Source of the DNA: a virus
Lineage: Duplodnaviria; Caudoviricetes
DNA length: 64,000 bases
Virus record (IMG/VR): IMGVR_UViG_3300021431_000126
Span: 520 to 64,519 of that record
Direction: 5' to 3' (one strand)
This document shows, piece after piece, positions 1 to 9,588 of this stretch. Within the stretch, counting starts at the first letter, position 1, and the number at the start of each line of letters is the position of its first letter. Both the position numbers and the translations under genes were made by a program. The notes beneath the pieces were generated by a model, which saw nothing but the letters and a program-made list of their open reading frames with translations, searched no databases and was not told where the DNA came from.

Positions 1-3
1 ATA

Positions 4-501
4 ATGAAAAATAATGATGAAATGAATTCATTATATGAAGTGCAGGCTGATGAAATTGAAAATGTTAATGATGATGTAAAAGATGTTATTGACAATTGTT
101 TCATCAAGTCTTGTAACTTAAATGGTATTTCAAAATGGGAAAAAATTTATAATTTGAAAAGCAATTCAGATTATACGCTAGAACAAAGAAAAGAATTATT
201 GATGAATAAATTGTATTTCAAACCACCTTTTACAAGACAAAGATTTATGGAAATTTTGGAGAATGTTTGGGGTGAGGGAAATTATACATTCATGTTATAT
301 CCTAACTTTGAATTGATTATAGATATTTATACCACTGACCCATTAATCTACTTAAAATTTCAAAAGTATGTTCGTGATGTTGTTCCTGCAAATATTTATT
401 TAATCTTTTCAGTTCAGTATACTTATCTATACTTAAACAGAAATTACACTTATAATAGACTTGAAAGTTTAACATATGGTGATTTAAGTCAATACGCATA
501 A
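4..501 (+). CDS. Baseplate wedge protein, XkdU/YmfQ (DUF2313)-like; probably 5'-truncated by the window edge
   Basis: EMNSLY...WEKIYNL...LEQRKELLMNKL...VVPAN pattern; lies before the tail fibre; baseplate J runs off the other end of the window. Confidence 0.75.
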   Translation: MKNNDEMNSLYEVQADEIENVNDDVKDVIDNCFIKSCNLNGISKWEKIYNLKSNSDYTLEQRKELLMNKLYFKPPFTRQRFMEILENVWGEGNYTFMLYPNFELIIDIYTTDPLIYLKFQKYVRDVVPANIYLIFSVQYTYLYLNRNYTYNRLESLTYGDLSQYA

Positions 502-514
502 TTGGGGGTATAAA

Positions 515-1501
515 ATGCAATACAGTACAAATTATAATATGAATAAGCCTGAAAGGTCAGACCAATACAATCTTGACCATTGGAATGAAAATACAGATAT
601 TATTGATACTGAATTAAAAAGAAATGCTGATAATATTTCTGATGAGGTAACAAGGGCAAGTAATGCTGAAAGTAAGGAATCAACAAGGGCAAGCAACGCT
701 GAAAGTGCCTTGCGGAATATTACTGATTCAACTTTCAAAACTGCACTTCTTAATTTTTGTTACCCAATTGGAAGTTTATATTGGACAAGTAAATCTACAA
801 ACCCTGCTCAACTTTTTGGTGGAACATGGACTCAAATTAAAGATAGGTTTATTTGGGCAAAAGGTGATAGTGATACTGTTAATGCAACGGGTGGTGCTAA
901 AACTGTAACCTTAACTGTTGAAAATTTACCATCACATAGTCATACAATCAACAGTGGAAACACTTCAAGTTCAGGAACAACAACGACCGCAGGTTTTAGA
1001 GGAATAGCCGTAACAAGTGGTGGAAGTTCGGCATCAAATACGGGTTCAGAATCAGGTCATACTCACAATATGGAACACTACCATGATAGAGGTACAATGG
1101 AAATTACGGGTACAACAACTGCTATTATATATGCAAGAAGTAATTATAATTCTAATAGTCCTACTGCAAGTGGTGCTTTTAATTTAACAGATGGTGCTGG
1201 GCCAACTGCCCGATATAAAAATCATGAAGATACGTGTTATGACCCAAAAACACTTAACATAAATGCGTCTGGTGGTTGGACAGGCAAAACATCAGGCTCA
1301 CTTGCAAACGCAACAACGGGAGATACAACTACTAAGACTTCAACGGGAGCGGGAACAAGCCATTCACATTCAATGGCACATACTCATAGTGTAACCGCTA
1401 GTGGTTATCTATATGGAAAGACTGATAATACGGGAAGTGGAACTGCCGTAAATAAAATGCCACCATATATTGTTAAATATTGTTGGGAAAGAACTGCATA
1501 A
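515..1501 (+). CDS. Tail fibre / baseplate-associated fibre protein (Ser/Thr/His-rich)
   Basis: YPIGSLYW..NPAQLFGGTW, GGAKTVTLTVENLPSHSH, repeated HTH/HSH motifs, C-terminal MPPYIVKYCWERTA typical of phage fibre collar families; follows XkdU. Confidence 0.8.
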   Translation: MQYSTNYNMNKPERSDQYNLDHWNENTDIIDTELKRNADNISDEVTRASNAESKESTRASNAESALRNITDSTFKTALLNFCYPIGSLYWTSKSTNPAQLFGGTWTQIKDRFIWAKGDSDTVNATGGAKTVTLTVENLPSHSHTINSGNTSSSGTTTTAGFRGIAVTSGGSSASNTGSESGHTHNMEHYHDRGTMEITGTTTAIIYARSNYNSNSPTASGAFNLTDGAGPTARYKNHEDTCYDPKTLNINASGGWTGKTSGSLANATTGDTTTKTSTGAGTSHSHSMAHTHSVTASGYLYGKTDNTGSGTAVNKMPPYIVKYCWERTA

Positions 1502-1518
1502 GATTTGGAGGAAAATAT

Positions 1519-1779
1519 ATGTTAATTAAAATTGAAAGAGCAGATGGTGAATTTGAAATCTATGAATCTAATAATTATAGAATCACTAAGATTAAAGATT
1601 TTCACCCATTAATTGTAAAAATTACAGTTTATGATAATGGTACAAAAATAAAAGTTGTAAAAAGACCATTTAAGTTTATTTACAAACATTTTATTTTTAA
1701 ATCAAAAAAAGTTCAGGATGAATTAAAAAACATCATTGAAAATCAGAATCAGGAAAAGGTGGTGAAAGATGAAAATTAA
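1519..1779 (+). CDS. Hypothetical protein
   Basis: GGAGG RBS before ATG 1519; sits between fibre and lysis genes. Confidence 0.55.
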   Translation: MLIKIERADGEFEIYESNNYRITKIKDFHPLIVKITVYDNGTKIKVVKRPFKFIYKHFIFKSKKVQDELKNIIENQNQEKVVKDEN

Positions 1780-2005
1780 AGATACATCTCACGTTGGAAT
1801 GGTAGTTGGTGCTATAAGTTTAATTATAACTTTTGCTGTAGTTATAATTAAATATATAGTTGCAGGAACTTGCCCATCAGTTGAAGAAGTAAAAGCACTC
1901 ATTCTCATAGGATGTGCACCTTCAATTCCATTCTGTCCTGTTTACATTTCAATATGGTTCGATAAAATTATTGAACTTAAAAATGGTAAAAAATCTGAAG
2001 AATGA
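1769..2005 (+). CDS. Small two-TM membrane protein, holin candidate
   Basis: Two hydrophobic segments and a charged C-terminus, directly upstream of the endolysin. Confidence 0.5.
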   Translation: MKIKDTSHVGMVVGAISLIITFAVVIIKYIVAGTCPSVEEVKALILIGCAPSIPFCPVYISIWFDKIIELKNGKKSEE

Positions 2006-2043
2006 TTATTTTATTATTTCAAATTATAGGATATACTTGAATT

Positions 2044-2487
2044 ATGAAATTAGATGAATTTATTAATAAGTATGTAAACACTAAAGTGGATTTTGACCAA
2101 GTTTATGGAGCACAGTGTGTAGATTTGTTCAGGCAATACTGTAAAGATGTTCTCAACATTCCACATACTGGTTCTTGTTCTACAAGCGGTGGGGCAAAAG
2201 ATTTGTTTCTTGATTGGGAAAAAATGCCACTGGAGAAAAAATATTTCAAAAAGATTCCTGCAAATAAAGCATACAACGATATTGAAATGAAATTTGGAGA
2301 TGTTGTTGTATGGGGTGAAACTAAAAGCAATAAATATGGTCACGTTGCTATTTTCATTTCAAAAACTGATGAGAAAAACATATTGGTATTTGAACAAAAC
2401 GGAATCAAGCAGAATGGTGCTAAATTAACATTCAGGCCAATCGAAAACATGCTTGGTGTATTAAGATTTGATTGGAGTGAAAAATGA
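2044..2487 (+). CDS. CHAP-domain endolysin (catalytic domain only)
   Basis: DFDQVYGAQCVDL (catalytic Cys) and YGHVAIF (catalytic His); no cell-wall binding domain. Confidence 0.9.
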   Translation: MKLDEFINKYVNTKVDFDQVYGAQCVDLFRQYCKDVLNIPHTGSCSTSGGAKDLFLDWEKMPLEKKYFKKIPANKAYNDIEMKFGDVVVWGETKSNKYGHVAIFISKTDEKNILVFEQNGIKQNGAKLTFRPIENMLGVLRFDWSEK

Positions 2488-2834
2488 ACGCAGAGGCAGT
2501 AAATAACATTACATTAGGTGGGATAGTTACAATCATTGTTGCCGTTGGTGTTTTATCAGGATTTTTTGGAAAGTTCTTTGCTCAGATATACAAGATTAAA
2601 CAACTTGGTGAAAAAGTTGAAGAACTAGAAAAGAAAATGACAGATTTTGAAACATTACAGAAACAACAAAAATCTGAATTAATTGATAAAGTTGAAGAAA
2701 CAAATAATGCTGTTAATCTTATCTGTTCAGCTGTATCTGCTTTGATAGATGATTCTTTGCAGGATAATCAAGAATCAAAGCAAAGGCTGAGGGAAATTAA
2801 AAATAAACTGGACAATAAAAAGGAAATTGTATAA
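2484..2834 (+). CDS. N-terminal TM + coiled-coil protein, holin/lysis accessory candidate
   Basis: Hydrophobic N-terminal helix then heptad-rich region; overlaps the endolysin stop. Confidence 0.5.
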   Translation: MNAEAVNNITLGGIVTIIVAVGVLSGFFGKFFAQIYKIKQLGEKVEELEKKMTDFETLQKQQKSELIDKVEETNNAVNLICSAVSALIDDSLQDNQESKQRLREIKNKLDNKKEIV

Positions 2835-3209
2835 ATGGACAAAAATTCTATTGATATTGAAATTAGTGAAAGAATCGCTGAAGAGGCAGGAAGACAAATG
2901 AACTTATTAAAAAAGGAAATTGAACAAGATAAAAATGCACACATATCCTTACTTGAAGATATATTGTCTGATATAAAAGAACAAAGAAAATTTCTCAAGT
3001 CTATTTCAATATCACTTTTTGTTCTTTTGTTTATTGTAATTGCAGGTTCATTTGGATTAAGCCTTTATAATCAAAAACTCTTGAAAGAATGTTCTGTGGA
3101 AAATACAGAAAAGATATTTGATTTTATTTCCAATACTGAATTCAATTCCAGTGTTGAGATGACTACTGATAACAATTCAACTGCAAGCGGAATCACAATC
3201 AATAATTAA
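2835..3209 (+). CDS. Single-TM hypothetical protein
   Basis: Central hydrophobic segment ISLFVLLFIVIAGSFGLSLY. Confidence 0.55.
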   Translation: MDKNSIDIEISERIAEEAGRQMNLLKKEIEQDKNAHISLLEDILSDIKEQRKFLKSISISLFVLLFIVIAGSFGLSLYNQKLLKECSVENTEKIFDFISNTEFNSSVEMTTDNNSTASGITINN

Positions 3210-3347
3210 GGTAATTGGATATGAGTGTAAGGATTAAAACAATCAAGAAAATCTCACCAAAAGATAAAACTAAAATTAAAACAACTATCACTGACACTGT
3301 TTCTGCAAGGACTGAAAACAACAAATTGACTTATACTAGGAAAAGAA

Positions 3348-3584
3348 ATGTCAGCAATAATAAAAAGCATAAATGAGTTCTTTAGAAAAGCCATTAAAAA
3401 AGATATAGACAAAATCAATTCTGAAATAATTTTATCTGAAAGGCAACAAAAAATATTTGAAATGTTTTACATTAAAAAACAAAATATTGATTATATTGCG
3501 GATTCTTTATGCGTATGTAAAATGGTAGTAAATAATGAATTAAAAATAATTAGAGAAAAGATTTTCAAAATTCTGTATCCATAA
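3348..3584 (+). CDS. Small HTH protein (sigma70 region 4 / LuxR-like)
   Basis: LSERQQKIFEMFY...IDYIADSLCVCKMVVNNELKII. Confidence 0.75.
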   Translation: MSAIIKSINEFFRKAIKKDIDKINSEIILSERQQKIFEMFYIKKQNIDYIADSLCVCKMVVNNELKIIREKIFKILYP

Positions 3585-3586
3585 AA

Positions 3587-3617
3587 AATGACCTAGACTG
3601 TATTACAATCTAGGTCA
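3587..3617 (+). terminator. Hairpin between convergent operons
   Basis: tgacctaga...tctaggtca inverted repeat. Confidence 0.55.
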
Positions 3618-3798
3618 AACACACTTTGTAGGTAGATATTATTTTTGTCTTTGTTCCAGAAAAGAATCTGCAATTTTATAACAAGTTTTGGCAATTGAAT
3701 CCAAGTCATCACGATTTTGCATTAAATATTCACCCATTCCTGCAAGTGCCTGCCCTGCAAAATAATCACGCATATTCAAGTTATATGATTTTAATTCT

Positions 3799-4141
3799 TC
3801 AGTTTTGTTTTTGTCCATCTTTTATTCCTGCAAATAGCATAAGAATTATTAATACAATTAAAATTGTAAAAATCAATCCAACCCCAATCCCAATACCGAT
3901 TCCCAAACCTGCTAAAAAGTTTTCAATCATTTTAAGCAACCTGTATTTTTGAACCTGACTTATGCTTAGCAAGAGCCAGCAAAGATTCATAATCAAAATC
4001 ACTTGGATTCTTGACACCTGCTGAACCAATTAAGATATGACCTTTATAAAGGTCAACACGAGTCATTGTTGTTTCAACCTTAATAGTGTCATCACCCATT
4101 TTAATTGTAGTTTTAGAATTCTGCATAAATTTCAATTCCAT
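3799..4141 (-). other. Two small leftward ORFs (3799-3930 TM peptide; 3932-4141 hypothetical)
   Basis: ATG starts with RBS-like sequence; part of the leftward operon. Confidence 0.5.
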
Positions 4142-4164
4142 TTCATTGCCTCCATTTTGGAATT

Positions 4165-4464
4165 TTAATCTTTAAATTTCGCAATGTCTTCAGACTTTAC
4201 ATTCATGCTTGCTAAAAGTAGCACGCAATATCCGATAACATCGCATACATCATTTATTCTAGGAACAGAATCAGAATTATTTTTGATCCTGCCTATTTTG
4301 TCATCCAACCTTATAAGAATGCTGTTGGTGGAATCACCTTTGTAAAAAACGTTATTTGGTGAAAGAGCAGAATCACCATATTTTTCATTTTTGTACAAAA
4401 GCAGATCCTGCATAGAATTTGTGATTTCAATAATCTTGTCTTTACTTGACATCATACACCTCAT
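4165..4464 (-). CDS. DUF1599 / nucleotide-modification-associated domain 1 (all-alpha NTP-PPase-like)
   Basis: LLLYKNEKYGDS...ILIRLDDKIGRI...DVIGYCVL. Confidence 0.75.
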   Translation of the reverse strand: MRCMMSSKDKIIEITNSMQDLLLYKNEKYGDSALSPNNVFYKGDSTNSILIRLDDKIGRIKNNSDSVPRINDVCDVIGYCVLLLASMNVKSEDIAKFKD

Positions 4465-5188
4465 CTTTAGGTTTTAATTTCATATATTTTTCACGCAACA
4501 TGGCGTTGGTTCCAAGAAAATATCCTGCAACAAAACCGTCAAATTCACTTATGTTTGAATCTGTTTTCTCATTCATAAGACTTTTCCAAATGGTGAATAA
4601 TTCTGATATAACACCACCATTTTCAATTGTTCTAGGTTTGCTCAATAATGAATGCGGGTCAATAGTTTTCAATTTCAGCCTCAATTTATTATAGGATTGC
4701 AGGGCAGGAAATTCCCACCCTGCTAGGATCGTTACATGGTATAAAACTGTCTGATGTCAGTTGGTAGTTCTTTGAAATGACCTTTTGCGTCACGATGATT
4801 TTTGTCACCACCTGCAAGTTGTAGCCATTTTGTACCATCAGGAAGTTCAGCCCAGCAATACAAATTATATCCTAAATACATGCCCTTTTCTAGCAACATA
4901 TTTTCAATGAAATAAAACAACTTGTTATTCTGTTCAAGTGTTCCAACAGTCATAGACTTATTTGCCATGTCAACCACTTCTTTTACAGCCTTGGTCATTG
5001 CCCTTACTTTCACACTCATAATTTCACCTCACTTATAATTCAACTACGGATAAAACTTCAACATCAGCTGAAGATGTCCAATAATAAGAATCCAAAAATT
5101 CTTTTTTAGCATTTCTTTTACATGTAGCATATTTTTCATACTGCATTGTTGTTCCATTTATTTTGGCGATGATTAAAAACTTCTTCAT
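4442..5188 (-). other. Three small leftward early ORFs (4442-4684, 4732-5019, 5033-5188)
   Basis: Tandem ORFs with GAGG RBS downstream of the early promoter at about 5231-5259. Confidence 0.55.
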
Positions 5189-5189
5189 A

Positions 5190-5290
5190 AAAACCTCACT
5201 TGTAGGTGTTCTTTGTTCCCTACATTTATAAATATAAACTAGTTTATAAAAAAAGTAAAGTAGTTTTTAATAATTTTTATAAATTTTTTA
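5190..5290 (-). promoter_or_regulatory. Early promoter cassette copy 1 (TTTACT-17-TATATT, 5' hairpin, AAGTGAGG RBS)
   Basis: -35 at 5254-5259, -10 at 5231-5236 on the minus strand; same cassette recurs 8 times. Confidence 0.8.
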
Positions 5291-5339
5291 TTTATTTTTC
5301 TTAAACTTTTGAAATCATAAAGCAGTCTATTATTGAATT

Positions 5340-5516
5340 ATGGAAGTTAGACAGATTGCTATCAATTTTATAAAAACTTTGTCCAATAGCGATAAAGAAA
5401 AATTAAAAGTCATGCTGGCTCACGGAATTACCTGCGGTGCTGATTATGCAAAAAGAAATGAAATAGAGCCACTTCAACTCACTGAAGAATTAAAACTAAT
5501 TTTTGAGGGTAAATAA
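5340..5516 (+). CDS. Hypothetical 58-aa protein (not in the ORF track), first gene of the uncharacterised operon
   Basis: ATG 5340 to TAA 5516, abutting the next ATG: MEVRQIAINFIKTL...LIFEGK. Confidence 0.6.
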   Translation: MEVRQIAINFIKTLSNSDKEKLKVMLAHGITCGADYAKRNEIEPLQLTEELKLIFEGK

Positions 5517-6050
5517 ATGAATAATTTCAATCCAATGTTAGATTATCAACGCAATCAATTGATGGCTCAGCAGGCAATGATTCAAAACCAACTCAATCAG
5601 ATAAATCATATGAATCCTGCAAATCAACCTCAATTCAATCCTTATCCACAAAACAATCAACCTCAGTTCTTTGTTCGGCAGATCGGAAGTGTAGATGAAG
5701 CAAGAAGTTTTCCAGTGGATCCAAATACTATGTATTTTTTCTTAGATACAGGCACAGGAAAAATCTATATGAAAAGATTGAACACTGACAACGGCAAGTC
5801 AGAATTCTTCACTTATTCTTTGCAGGAAACTTCTGAAGAAAACAAAGTTGATCCTATGGAGCAAATTAATTTAAGGCTCACAAACATAGAAAATATTATT
5901 GGAGGCATAGCAAATGATAAATCCATTTCAGGCAATGCAGGCAGTTCAAAATCCGATGGGGTTCATGCAGAGGCAACTGCTGGAAAAGTTCAAAAACCAA
6001 AACCCTCAGATGTACCAACAAGTACAACAGATGATTCAGGGAAAAAATGA
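5517..6050 (+). CDS. Gln/Asn/Pro-rich hypothetical protein
   Basis: Low-complexity QN-rich N-terminus followed by a globular segment (FPVDPNTMYFFLD..GKIYMK). Confidence 0.75.
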   Translation: MNNFNPMLDYQRNQLMAQQAMIQNQLNQINHMNPANQPQFNPYPQNNQPQFFVRQIGSVDEARSFPVDPNTMYFFLDTGTGKIYMKRLNTDNGKSEFFTYSLQETSEENKVDPMEQINLRLTNIENIIGGIANDKSISGNAGSSKSDGVHAEATAGKVQKPKPSDVPTSTTDDSGKK

Positions 6051-6141
6051 AACTCAATTGAAAGAGATGGCTCAGAACATTGCTAGAGAGCGTGGAATTG
6101 ATTTGAATAGTTTTGCCAATCAGTTTGGTATAAAACTATAA
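5914..6141 (+). CDS. Gln/Met-rich small helical protein
   Basis: NPMGFMQ..QNPQMYQQVQQMIQGKNETQLKEMAQNIARERGIDL; GGAGG RBS; overlaps the upstream ORF by 137 nt. Confidence 0.75.
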   Translation: MINPFQAMQAVQNPMGFMQRQLLEKFKNQNPQMYQQVQQMIQGKNETQLKEMAQNIARERGIDLNSFANQFGIKL

Positions 6142-6182
6142 TGGGCTGTCAGCCTTAAAAATAAACTTAATATGAAAGGAGA

Positions 6183-6836
6183 ATGACTATGGCTATTGAA
6201 ACAAACGGAACACCAGTTGTTATGGCTGGTGGTGATAGTATGTTCGGTGGTGGAGCAGGCTTTTGGGGTTTTTTAATCCTTGCTATGTTCCTTTTTGGCG
6301 GTAGTGGTTTTGGCGGATTCGGTGGAAACAACGGAAACACAAATGCTATTCAGGCAGATGTAAACCGTGGATTTGACAATCAGAATCTTCAGGCTCAGAC
6401 AAGAGATATTTTGTCAGCCGTAACAAGCGGAACTGCTCAGTCAGTAAGTGCGACAAATCAGACATTCCACGATATGCTTTCAGCATTCAATGACAAGTAC
6501 AGTGAATTGCAGAGAGATATTGCTGGTGTCAGTGTAGCACAGGCTGAAGCACTTGCTAATCAGAATCAGTGTTGTTGCAATACACTCAGAGCAATTGATG
6601 GTGTAAACTATAACAATGCTATGAATACTGCTAGCATCAACGCAAATACTACTGAACAGACACAGAAGATTCTTGACGCTATTGCGGGCAACCGTATGGC
6701 TGATATGCAGAATCAAATCAATCAGTTGCAGTTGGCTCAGGCTTTGAATGGTGTTGTTCGCTATCCAAACGGAATGACCTACAATGCTGGTACAAGCCCA
6801 TTCTGTAACTGCGGTGGTTGCGGTTGCATGGCTTAA
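6183..6836 (+). CDS. Gly-rich TM + coiled-coil protein with CCC and C-terminal Cys cluster
   Basis: GGGAGFWGFLILAMFLFGG, QCCCNTLRAID, FCNCGGCGC; strong RBS. Confidence 0.8.
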   Translation: MTMAIETNGTPVVMAGGDSMFGGGAGFWGFLILAMFLFGGSGFGGFGGNNGNTNAIQADVNRGFDNQNLQAQTRDILSAVTSGTAQSVSATNQTFHDMLSAFNDKYSELQRDIAGVSVAQAEALANQNQCCCNTLRAIDGVNYNNAMNTASINANTTEQTQKILDAIAGNRMADMQNQINQLQLAQALNGVVRYPNGMTYNAGTSPFCNCGGCGCMA

Positions 6837-6925
6837 TCAGTTGTTAAGTAATTCTTGATGACTGAAGTTTTTCCCTTATTGTTAAGGTTGAATATATTTC
6901 CACTGAAAATAATCAGTGTTGACAT

Positions 6926-6960
6926 AAGGGCAAAGATTAAACCTTTGCCCTTTATTTTTT
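6926..6960 (+). terminator. Rho-independent terminator inside the uncharacterised operon
   Basis: aagggcaaag...ctttgccctt followed by a T-run. Confidence 0.7.
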
Positions 6961-6973
6961 ATGGAGGCAGAAA

Positions 6974-7291
6974 ATGGCTTGTAATTGCTGTAATTGTTCT
7001 AATTGTCCAAACTTGATACCTGTATCAAGTGTTACATCTAGCGGTGGAATAACAACAATCACCGTTCCAGCAGGAACAGTTTTTCAAAATGGAAGTTGTT
7101 ATTGCTTAGGATTATTCACCACGATTCCTGCAGGAACAAATGGAAGTCAGGTGAATGTAACTGACGGCACTAATTCATACACAATCTTCAATCGTGTTGC
7201 TAATTATTGGCGACCATGTTGTGGCTTAAGAAGTAGAACAATGCTGAAAGTTAAATTCTTAAATGACCCTGTTCACTTGTTAAAGGTATAA
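6974..7291 (+). CDS. Cys-rich beta-sandwich-like small protein
   Basis: MACNCCNCSNC, CYC, PCC; predicted beta-strand pattern. Confidence 0.75.
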   Translation: MACNCCNCSNCPNLIPVSSVTSSGGITTITVPAGTVFQNGSCYCLGLFTTIPAGTNGSQVNVTDGTNSYTIFNRVANYWRPCCGLRSRTMLKVKFLNDPVHLLKV

Positions 7292-7308
7292 ACCTTGGAG
7301 GCAAGAAA

Positions 7309-7860
7309 ATGGCAGAATTGATAAATTATAATTCAAATGGAAATATGGCGGAGCAGGTAAAATCCTTGTATGAAAGAATCTGCAAAGTGCTTTCAGTTCA
7401 TTGTAAAGTAAATAAACTTGCAATGACAGCAACTCAGTCTTTGGGATACAATGGATTCAAACGCTGGCACAGATACCGTTCAAGACAATTTTTTGAAATG
7501 AAACTTTGTCTTGCTAATGAACTTTTTGACAAGTTCAAAATTGTGGCTGATTTCAAAGATTATGAAGTGAATTATTCACCTGCAAATATTGAAGAACATT
7601 TGAAATCTTGGGAAAAGGCTATTTTGGAAGCAATTGAAGAACTTGGTGGCATAAACAAAGATTATTTTGAAGTGACAGGAATGTCCTGCAAGATTGTAAA
7701 ATGCGCAATGCACAAAATGATTCGAGATTATGAAAAATTAGGTAGACTGATAAAACGATTCAATGAATCAGATTGGCTCACCTTAGATATGCACATTGTG
7801 GATGACAAACTTCATTGCAAGTACAAAGAAAAAGAGGAAAAACATGGATTCAATTATTAA
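7309..7860 (+). CDS. Helical protein, possibly ferritin-like
   Basis: Four-helix amphipathic pattern; GYNGFKRWH; fold assignment is inference. Confidence 0.5.
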   Translation: MAELINYNSNGNMAEQVKSLYERICKVLSVHCKVNKLAMTATQSLGYNGFKRWHRYRSRQFFEMKLCLANELFDKFKIVADFKDYEVNYSPANIEEHLKSWEKAILEAIEELGGINKDYFEVTGMSCKIVKCAMHKMIRDYEKLGRLIKRFNESDWLTLDMHIVDDKLHCKYKEKEEKHGFNY

Positions 7861-8254
7861 TGAGGTGTTTTCAGATTTTAAGGATTCTATTGCCAAGATA
7901 GATTTTAATTCATACAATCCGAATTCTGCGGAATTCCTTTCAGCCTTAAATGTTGGGTTGATGTGGCATTTATTGCAGGAACTAGGTGGTGAAAAAATTG
8001 AAACCAAGGTTGTTTATAAAGAATCTGAAAAAGATGAAATATCTGATGAATTGTTCGGTGCTAAAAAATATCTTCAAAAATTCTTAGATTCAGGTGATAT
8101 GAATTATAAAGAGATGTCCAACGATGAATTGAAACATGCGGGCATTTTAATTAAAAAGGGATATTCAAAATTACCAAACGCTGAGGAAAAGGCAAAATTG
8201 AAGTCTTATGAAGATGAACTGAACTCAATTTCAAAGCAATTGGAATCAATGTAA
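7844..8254 (+). CDS. Ferritin/rubrerythrin-like half-domain protein
   Basis: EISDELFGAKKY...MSNDELKHA (E..DE...A..Y / ExxH); GAGG RBS before ATG 7844. Confidence 0.6.
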   Translation: MDSIINEVFSDFKDSIAKIDFNSYNPNSAEFLSALNVGLMWHLLQELGGEKIETKVVYKESEKDEISDELFGAKKYLQKFLDSGDMNYKEMSNDELKHAGILIKKGYSKLPNAEEKAKLKSYEDELNSISKQLESM

Positions 8255-8258
8255 AAAT

Positions 8259-8287
8259 AACACCCTATTGTTCAAAATAGGGTGTTA
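8259..8287. terminator. Bidirectional terminator
   Basis: aacaccctatt...aatagggtgtt between convergent genes. Confidence 0.7.
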
Positions 8288-8295
8288 AATTGATT

Positions 8296-8529
8296 CTAAA
8301 CAGTACAATTGATGTCTATTCCATTGTATTTGGAAGACAGTGTTTTTTTAGCAATATTAAGTGCTTTTTTAACATCAAAGTTAATAGAATTGGAAACTGC
8401 TGTATCAACCAATTGCGTATTAAAGCAGGATTTCAATTCATCCTGCAATTCCTGATACTTCTTTTTGTATTGTTCCAATTCCTCAAAAGTAGTCATTGGC
8501 ATTGAAACCATTATTTCAGATTTTTTCAT
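8296..8529 (-). CDS. Hypothetical protein
   Basis: In-operon ORF, coiled-coil-like. Confidence 0.55.
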   Translation of the reverse strand: MKKSEIMVSMPMTTFEELEQYKKKYQELQDELKSCFNTQLVDTAVSNSINFDVKKALNIAKKTLSSKYNGIDINCTV

Positions 8530-8531
8530 TT

Positions 8532-9092
8532 TTATCCTCTAAAATATTTGCCTGCATTATTATCTGACATATGAACAAAGGTTGTACACTCTAGGAATTT
8601 GTAGCAAACATATCCACTACAAAAAGAACTTGTCTTGCCGTCAAAACTAATCTTTTTATCAGGAATCAAAAACTGAACATCTGTTTTCATTTCTGCAAAC
8701 AAATTGCCTATTTCCTGATAGTTGAGAGCCATCATGTTCATAAGCATAACAAAAGGTTTATTCCACAAATAGAACTTTTTGAAAATGTCCAATTTTTTAC
8801 TAAAAGGTGGGTTGCTGACTGCAATATCCCACTTTGCAGGTTGATAAATAAAAAAATCTTTATTTTCAGAAATATGTGAGTGTTCAACCTGAAATCCGTA
8901 TTGCTTTAGAATTTGAACAAAGTTTGAAGATTCTAGGTCAAAAGGACACCAAACAATTGGTTGTCTTTTATTTTCCTTTTCAAAAGTTTTTGCCCAAACT
9001 TGTAAAAATGGCACAACAATTCTAACCAAACAACTTGGAGTGTTATAGTTATCAGCCTTGTTAAAAGCATGATTAAAACTCTTTTTCATCAT
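8532..9092 (-). CDS. Putative N6-adenine DNA methyltransferase (phage type)
   Basis: YNTP, VWCPFD, DFF, WDIAVSNPPFSKK (NPPF catalytic motif). Confidence 0.8.
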   Translation of the reverse strand: MMKKSFNHAFNKADNYNTPSCLVRIVVPFLQVWAKTFEKENKRQPIVWCPFDLESSNFVQILKQYGFQVEHSHISENKDFFIYQPAKWDIAVSNPPFSKKLDIFKKFYLWNKPFVMLMNMMALNYQEIGNLFAEMKTDVQFLIPDKKISFDGKTSSFCSGYVCYKFLECTTFVHMSDNNAGKYFRG

Positions 9093-9568
9093 CTCACCTC
9101 TTCACCAAATTGATGACCTTTATATTTTGCAGAATAAAACCAATTTGTTGCTGGCATAGATGATTCTTTGCCATTTTCATCCACAGCCTGAATATACAAG
9201 ATTTTTGATTTTTCATCATAATTGGATCCAACAACAGTCATTTCTTTTCCATCTTTATAAATAGAATGACCAAAAAATGGCTCAACTTGTTCAATTGTTG
9301 TAAATGCTTTATAGCGCATATTTTAACCTCACTTAAATAATCTCAGAATTGATTTGATAAAACTTCCAAATGACTTAGAAGTTTTATTGTATAATTTATT
9401 ATAGGAATATTTATGTGGATTGTTTATCCAACCAAACCCACGAGGCATCTTGAATCCAAGTGAATGCCTGATGAATCTCTTTGCGGAAAATCGGCTTGAG
9501 ATTCTTTTATTGATTGAATATTTACGGATTCCAAATTTCATATCATACTCCAATAAACAAGCACCCAT
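9089..9568 (-). other. Two small leftward ORFs (9089-9319; 9329-9568, a basic MKFG..GWINNP.K..YNKLY protein)
   Basis: Tandem ORFs with RBSs. Confidence 0.55.
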
Positions 9569-9588
9569 ATTACAGGGTGCTCAGAAAG

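Noticed and set aside
515-1501. Tail fibre as a diversity-generating retroelement target
   Set aside because: No reverse transcriptase and no template/variable repeat pair seen; the only repeat is a 33-nt RASNAES duplication at about 650-706.
5517-8254. Calling the operon sporulation genes outright
   Set aside because: The resemblance is compositional only (Cys-rich, ferritin-like), and the spanin-like pair hints at a non-sporulating diderm host.
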